From Acidobacteriota bacterium (GTDB lineage: Bacteria; Acidobacteriota; UBA890; WLXD01), in assembly GCA_012103255.1 (NCBI GenBank), contig WLXD01000003.1, positions 141,984 to 205,983 of the forward strand: a DNA stretch of 64,000 nucleotides. Direction: 5' to 3'. Positions 60,071 through 64,000 of this stretch are shown here, piece after piece. The notes under the pieces are model-generated. The model saw only the letters and a list, made by a program, of their open reading frames with translations. It was not told the origin of the DNA and searched no databases. How positions within the stretch are numbered: position 1 is the first letter of the stretch; each line of letters opens with the position of its first letter. Position numbers and translations under genes: made by a program.

Positions 60071-60072
60071 CG

Positions 60073-61605
60073 CTAGTCCTTGCGGGGCACGCGTTGGTCC
60101 GCCATGGCGGCGTGATAGACGAAGGCCGCCATCACTACAGCGTTGTGCTTCAGATCGTCAATCGGCAACGTGTCGTAGAAGTCCATGTTCGTGTGGCCGC
60201 CAGTTCCCCCGGCACGATCCTGTAGGAACTGAAATCCAGGCAGCCCGGCGCCGTCGAATGGCACGTGATCGGTACTCCCCACGCCGCGAATCGACACTGT
60301 CGTCACGCCAAGATCACGAAATGGTGCGATCCAAGCCTCGAACATCGGCCGAGCAGCCTCGTTGCCTTGCAGGTAGATACCGCGGTACTTGCCAGGGCCG
60401 TAGTCCTGATTGAAGTACGCCGAGAACTTCTCGTAGGCCGGCGTGGTGCCACTTGCCGGATCGCCGAAGTGACGGTTCACGTATGCGCGCGACCCGAAGA
60501 TGCCTTGCTCTTCGCCGGACCAGAGCGCGACCCTGATCGTGCGTCGCGGCTGCGCGCCGAGCGCGGTCAGAATTCTGGCTGCCTCAAGCATCACCGCAAC
60601 GCCCGAGGTGTTGTCACTCGCGTTGGGGCTCGCGTGCCAGGTGTCGAAGTGGGCGCCGAGCATCACCACTTCGTCGGCCAGGTCAGTGCCAGGGATCTCG
60701 CCAAGCACGTTGGCCGCCTGCTGCACTTCATTGCCGATCGTGTTCCGAACCTCGACCTCGACCCGCACATCAATCCCGCGCGACACGATGCGGTGCATGC
60801 GGTTGTAGTGCTCAGGCGTGATGGCCACGATCGGAAGAGAGTCGAGGCTCTCCTGACGCGCCCACCGGTCGACCTTGGTGCCCGGGCGGCCGAACCCGCG
60901 CACGGCGCCCGGCCAACCACTACGCGACTCCAACAACACCGGAACCCCCTCGGACTTGAAGAACGCCATCCGTTCGCCGTCATCGAGGTCATCGGGCCCT
61001 GGCTCTGGGCGCGTGCGTGGTGTAGCGGGAGGCGCCGGCATCGCCAGCTCGCGCAACTCCTCGTTGGTGCGGGATGGCGACCCGCGATTGATTCTGTCGA
61101 GGTCAATCACGGCAGGAGGTGTCCAGAGCACTGCCTTGCCGGCAAGACGCCCCCGCCACCGCTCCAGCTCGGCCAGCGAACGCGAATCCACCACCACAGC
61201 GTCCAGTTGCAGTGCCCCATCGGTGCCCGGCGTGTGGCTCAGTGGGTAGCCGACCATCGGTTGGTAGTCGGGTTCCAGCAAGTGCAACGACACGTAGTCG
61301 TTGCTCCATGCGATTCCGTAGTCCATGAACGGCTCGATTTCGATGTTCGTCAAGCCGATGCGCTCCATCTCCCCGATCGCCCACCGCTGCGCCCGCCGCA
61401 TGCCCGGCGACACCGTCAGGCGCGCGCCCAGCACGTCCGTCATATACGACAGCGTGTCGGGCAGCTCCGACCGTTCGAAGCCCTCGTCGCGAATGCGCGA
61501 GACCATCTCGAGGTCTGCCTCATACGTCTGCGGGGTTGCGACCGCCCCACTCGGCAGCAGGACGAGGATGAGCAACAACGCGGGAAATCGACGGAGATTC
61601 GACAT
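60073..61605 (-). CDS. M28 family (carboxypeptidase Q-like) secreted peptidase
   Basis: LGAHFDTWH, ASDNTSG, WSGEEQG, STDH, HTNMD; signal peptide from 61605. Confidence 0.9.
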   Translation of the reverse strand: MSNLRRFPALLLILVLLPSGAVATPQTYEADLEMVSRIRDEGFERSELPDTLSYMTDVLGARLTVSPGMRRAQRWAIGEMERIGLTNIEIEPFMDYGIAWSNDYVSLHLLEPDYQPMVGYPLSHTPGTDGALQLDAVVVDSRSLAELERWRGRLAGKAVLWTPPAVIDLDRINRGSPSRTNEELRELAMPAPPATPRTRPEPGPDDLDDGERMAFFKSEGVPVLLESRSGWPGAVRGFGRPGTKVDRWARQESLDSLPIVAITPEHYNRMHRIVSRGIDVRVEVEVRNTIGNEVQQAANVLGEIPGTDLADEVVMLGAHFDTWHASPNASDNTSGVAVMLEAARILTALGAQPRRTIRVALWSGEEQGIFGSRAYVNRHFGDPASGTTPAYEKFSAYFNQDYGPGKYRGIYLQGNEAARPMFEAWIAPFRDLGVTTVSIRGVGSTDHVPFDGAGLPGFQFLQDRAGGTGGHTNMDFYDTLPIDDLKHNAVVMAAFVYHAAMADQRVPRKD

Positions 61606-61757
61606 CTGGACCTTCCACTTCAAGGCATTCGAGCCGGTTGGCGCGCTCTGGCAACAGCCACGGCGCGCGCCTATGCTACAGCCCGCAATGCAGGAGAGGC
61701 CAAGCGGTGAAGCTGCTGTCGCTCTCCCCAAACCACTCACCCAGGCCCGGAGGCAAG

Positions 61758-63503
61758 ATGACCGGCTCGAGAATCTTCATTGCTCTAGTGGCCTGCAGCG
61801 TCGTTGGCTGCGCGGCGCCTCCCGAGCCTGCCGACATGATCCTCACCAATGGAAGGATCTACACGCTCGACTGGGACGATCCGGACCTGGAAGGCGTGCC
61901 CGCGCCCAACGCGCCCTTCAGCGACTCATGGCAGCCTGACGCGGAAGCCATCGCGGTGAGCGGCGGAATGGTGGTCGCGGCAGGCACCTCGGATGAAATC
62001 GAGCGCTGGCGCGACGACTCCACCGAGGTAGTGGATCTGCAGGGTGCAACGGCCATTCCCGGGCTGGTCGAGTCGCACTCACACGCGGCCGGACTCGGGC
62101 GGAACTTGCGACGTCTCGACCTGCGCGGAGTGATCGGCGAAGAAGACGCGGTCGAACTCATCGTCGCGAAGGCCGCCGAGACCCCTCCCGGCGAGTGGAT
62201 TCTGGGTTGGGGCTTCGACGAAGGCGAATGGGCCACGCATGGGTACCCGGACAACGATCTGCTCTCGCGCCAGGTGCCCGATCACCCCGTCGTGCTTTCC
62301 GGTCTGCACGGCTTTGCCACCTGGGCCAACCAACGTGCACTCGATGAGGCCGGCATCGACGCGGACACGCCAACGCCCTCAGGCGGCACCGTGAGTCGCG
62401 ACTCCGCCGGCAATCCAACCGGGATTTTCCTGAACCGCGCCTCCGGAATGCTCGGCGCCGCGATCCCGGATGCCGGCGCCGCCCAGTTGGAGGAGGACCT
62501 TCGCCTGGGACTCGAGGAACTCGCCCGGTCGGGCTACGTCCGGGTGCACGAAGCTGGAGTCGGGTCATCGCTCCTGGCGGCGATGGAGTCGCTGGATGCA
62601 CGCGGCGCTCTGCCCACGCGCGTTTTCGCCATGCTCTCGGCGCGCGACGAACCTCTTTCGCGCCGCTTCATCGAGAGCGGTCCAGTGGCTGAAGCCGCTG
62701 GGTCGCGACTCGCGGTGCAATCGGTGAAGGCGTACTACGACGCTGCGCTCGGCTCTCGCGGAGCGCGGATGATCGAAGACTATTCCGACATGCCTGGCCA
62801 CCGCGGCACGAGTGGCAACGACTACGGTTTCGATCAGGCCCTGGTGGCGGAGTTGATGGCAGCCGGTTTCCAGGTAGGAATTCACGCCATCGGCGATGCA
62901 GGCAACCGCGAGACTCTCGATTTCATCGCCGGGGTGTATGAGGAGGCCGAGGGAACCGAGGCGCGGCGTCATCGCATCGAACACGCGCAGGTGATCCACC
63001 CGGATGACCTTACCCGTCTCGCCGAGCTCGGCATCACGGCCTCGATGCAACCGCCGCACGCCGTGGAGGACAAGACCTGGGCCGAGGAACGAGTAGGACC
63101 GGATCGTATCCGTGGCGCATACGCATGGCGCTCGCTACGCCGGGCCGGCACGAGCGTCATCTTCAGCTCCGACCTCGCCGGCTCCGACCACAGCATCTTC
63201 TATGGATTGCATGCCGCCGTCACCCGTCGCGACAAGCAGGCCGAGCCGATGGCGGGCTGGTATCCGTAGGAGAGGTTCACGCCAGAGGAGGCGATCCGGG
63301 CCTACACCTCCTGGCCTGCCTGGGCCGGATTCGACGAACGCGATGCGGGCAAGCTGGCGCCAGGCTACCGGGCCGATGTGACCGTCATCGATGTCGATCC
63401 CTTCGCGCTCCCGATCGATCGCTACGCAGAGATTCTTGACGGGCGCGTGCTGCTGACGATGATCGGCGGCCGCGTGGAGCACCGAGCCACCGAGCTCCCA
63501 TGA
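61758..63503 (+). pseudogene. Amidohydrolase 3 (YtcJ-like) lipoprotein with an in-frame TAG at 63267-63269
   Basis: PGLVESHSH, HAIGDAGN, HRIEHAQ; GWYP*ERFTPEEAIRAYT...GKLAPGYRAD continues in frame to TGA at 63503. Confidence 0.85.
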
Positions 63504-63605
63504 GGGGGCAGCAGAGGTTGCAATCACGGGCTACGATGATCCCGACTCCCCGATTGATGGCGCGATCAGATTCCGCGCAACGAGGCCTCTACAGTGGAGA
63601 GTTCC

Positions 63606-64000
63606 GTGACGTCGACTGCGGCTGATCCCAAGGCAGAGCCGGACTGGCAACACCTCACCGCCAAGTTTCTGCGCCCGGACCCGCTGAAGAGCTCCTGGCA
63701 GATGATCAACTCGCTGCTGCCCTATGCCGGCATGTGGGTGTTGATGTACTGGAGTCTCGACTATTCCTACTGGTTGACGCTTGCGCTCTCTATCCCGGCA
63801 GGCGGTCTCCTCGTGCGGATCTTCATCATCTTCCACGACTGCACGCACGGCGCGTTCTTTCAGTCGAAGCGCGCGAATGGACTGGTCGGCTACGTGACCG
63901 GCGTGTTGACTCTCACGCCTTTCGACCAGTGGCGTCGTGAGCACGCGATGCATCACGCCACATCCGGAGATCTTGATCGCCGGCACGTTGGTGGCGAGAT
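63606..64000 (+). CDS. Membrane fatty acid desaturase (Bacillus Des-like), runs off the window end
   Basis: GGAGA RBS + GTG; RIFIIFHDCTHG and WRREHAMHH histidine boxes. Confidence 0.9.
   Translation, partial: MTSTAADPKAEPDWQHLTAKFLRPDPLKSSWQMINSLLPYAGMWVLMYWSLDYSYWLTLALSIPAGGLLVRIFIIFHDCTHGAFFQSKRANGLVGYVTGVLTLTPFDQWRREHAMHHATSGDLDRRHVGGE

Noticed and set aside
63267-63269. Genetic-code reassignment or pyrrolysine at TAG
   Set aside because: TAG terminates many genes here at their expected C-termini (e.g. 3748, 7687, 16509, 56885), and no pyl genes are seen in the window

Overview
GC-rich bacterial chromosome segment. Two PadR + ADOP-type ABC permease pairs and many secreted peptidases, amidohydrolases and beta-propeller proteins suggest Acidobacteriota or a similar lineage (inference). 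About 50 CDS, mostly housekeeping or cell-envelope genes, and one tRNA-Leu(CAA) gene at 25582-25665. The accessory hotspot is 25582-34994, where the tRNA is followed by three more copies of its 3' part (28854, 33600, 34971). These copies delimit three tandem cargo segments of about 3.2, 4.7 and 1.3 kb, and I could not recognise an integrase in any of them. Segments 1 and 2 share a conserved ~110-bp end with tandem 10-bp arm-like repeats. Segment 1 carries a ToxR/CadC-like membrane regulator, a Cys-rich micro-ORF and a RelA/SpoT-type synthetase with a signal peptide. Segment 2 carries DUF5677-like and TIR-domain genes plus a ~290-bp nested multi-hairpin non-coding element. Other notable items: an ECF sigma/anti-sigma/B12-binding sensor operon, a probable CTG start codon, a sugar-dehydrogenase-spondin fusion, a VTC-DUF4956-CotH triad, and three genes broken by single lesions. 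All calls were made by eye from motifs; no database searches were run.
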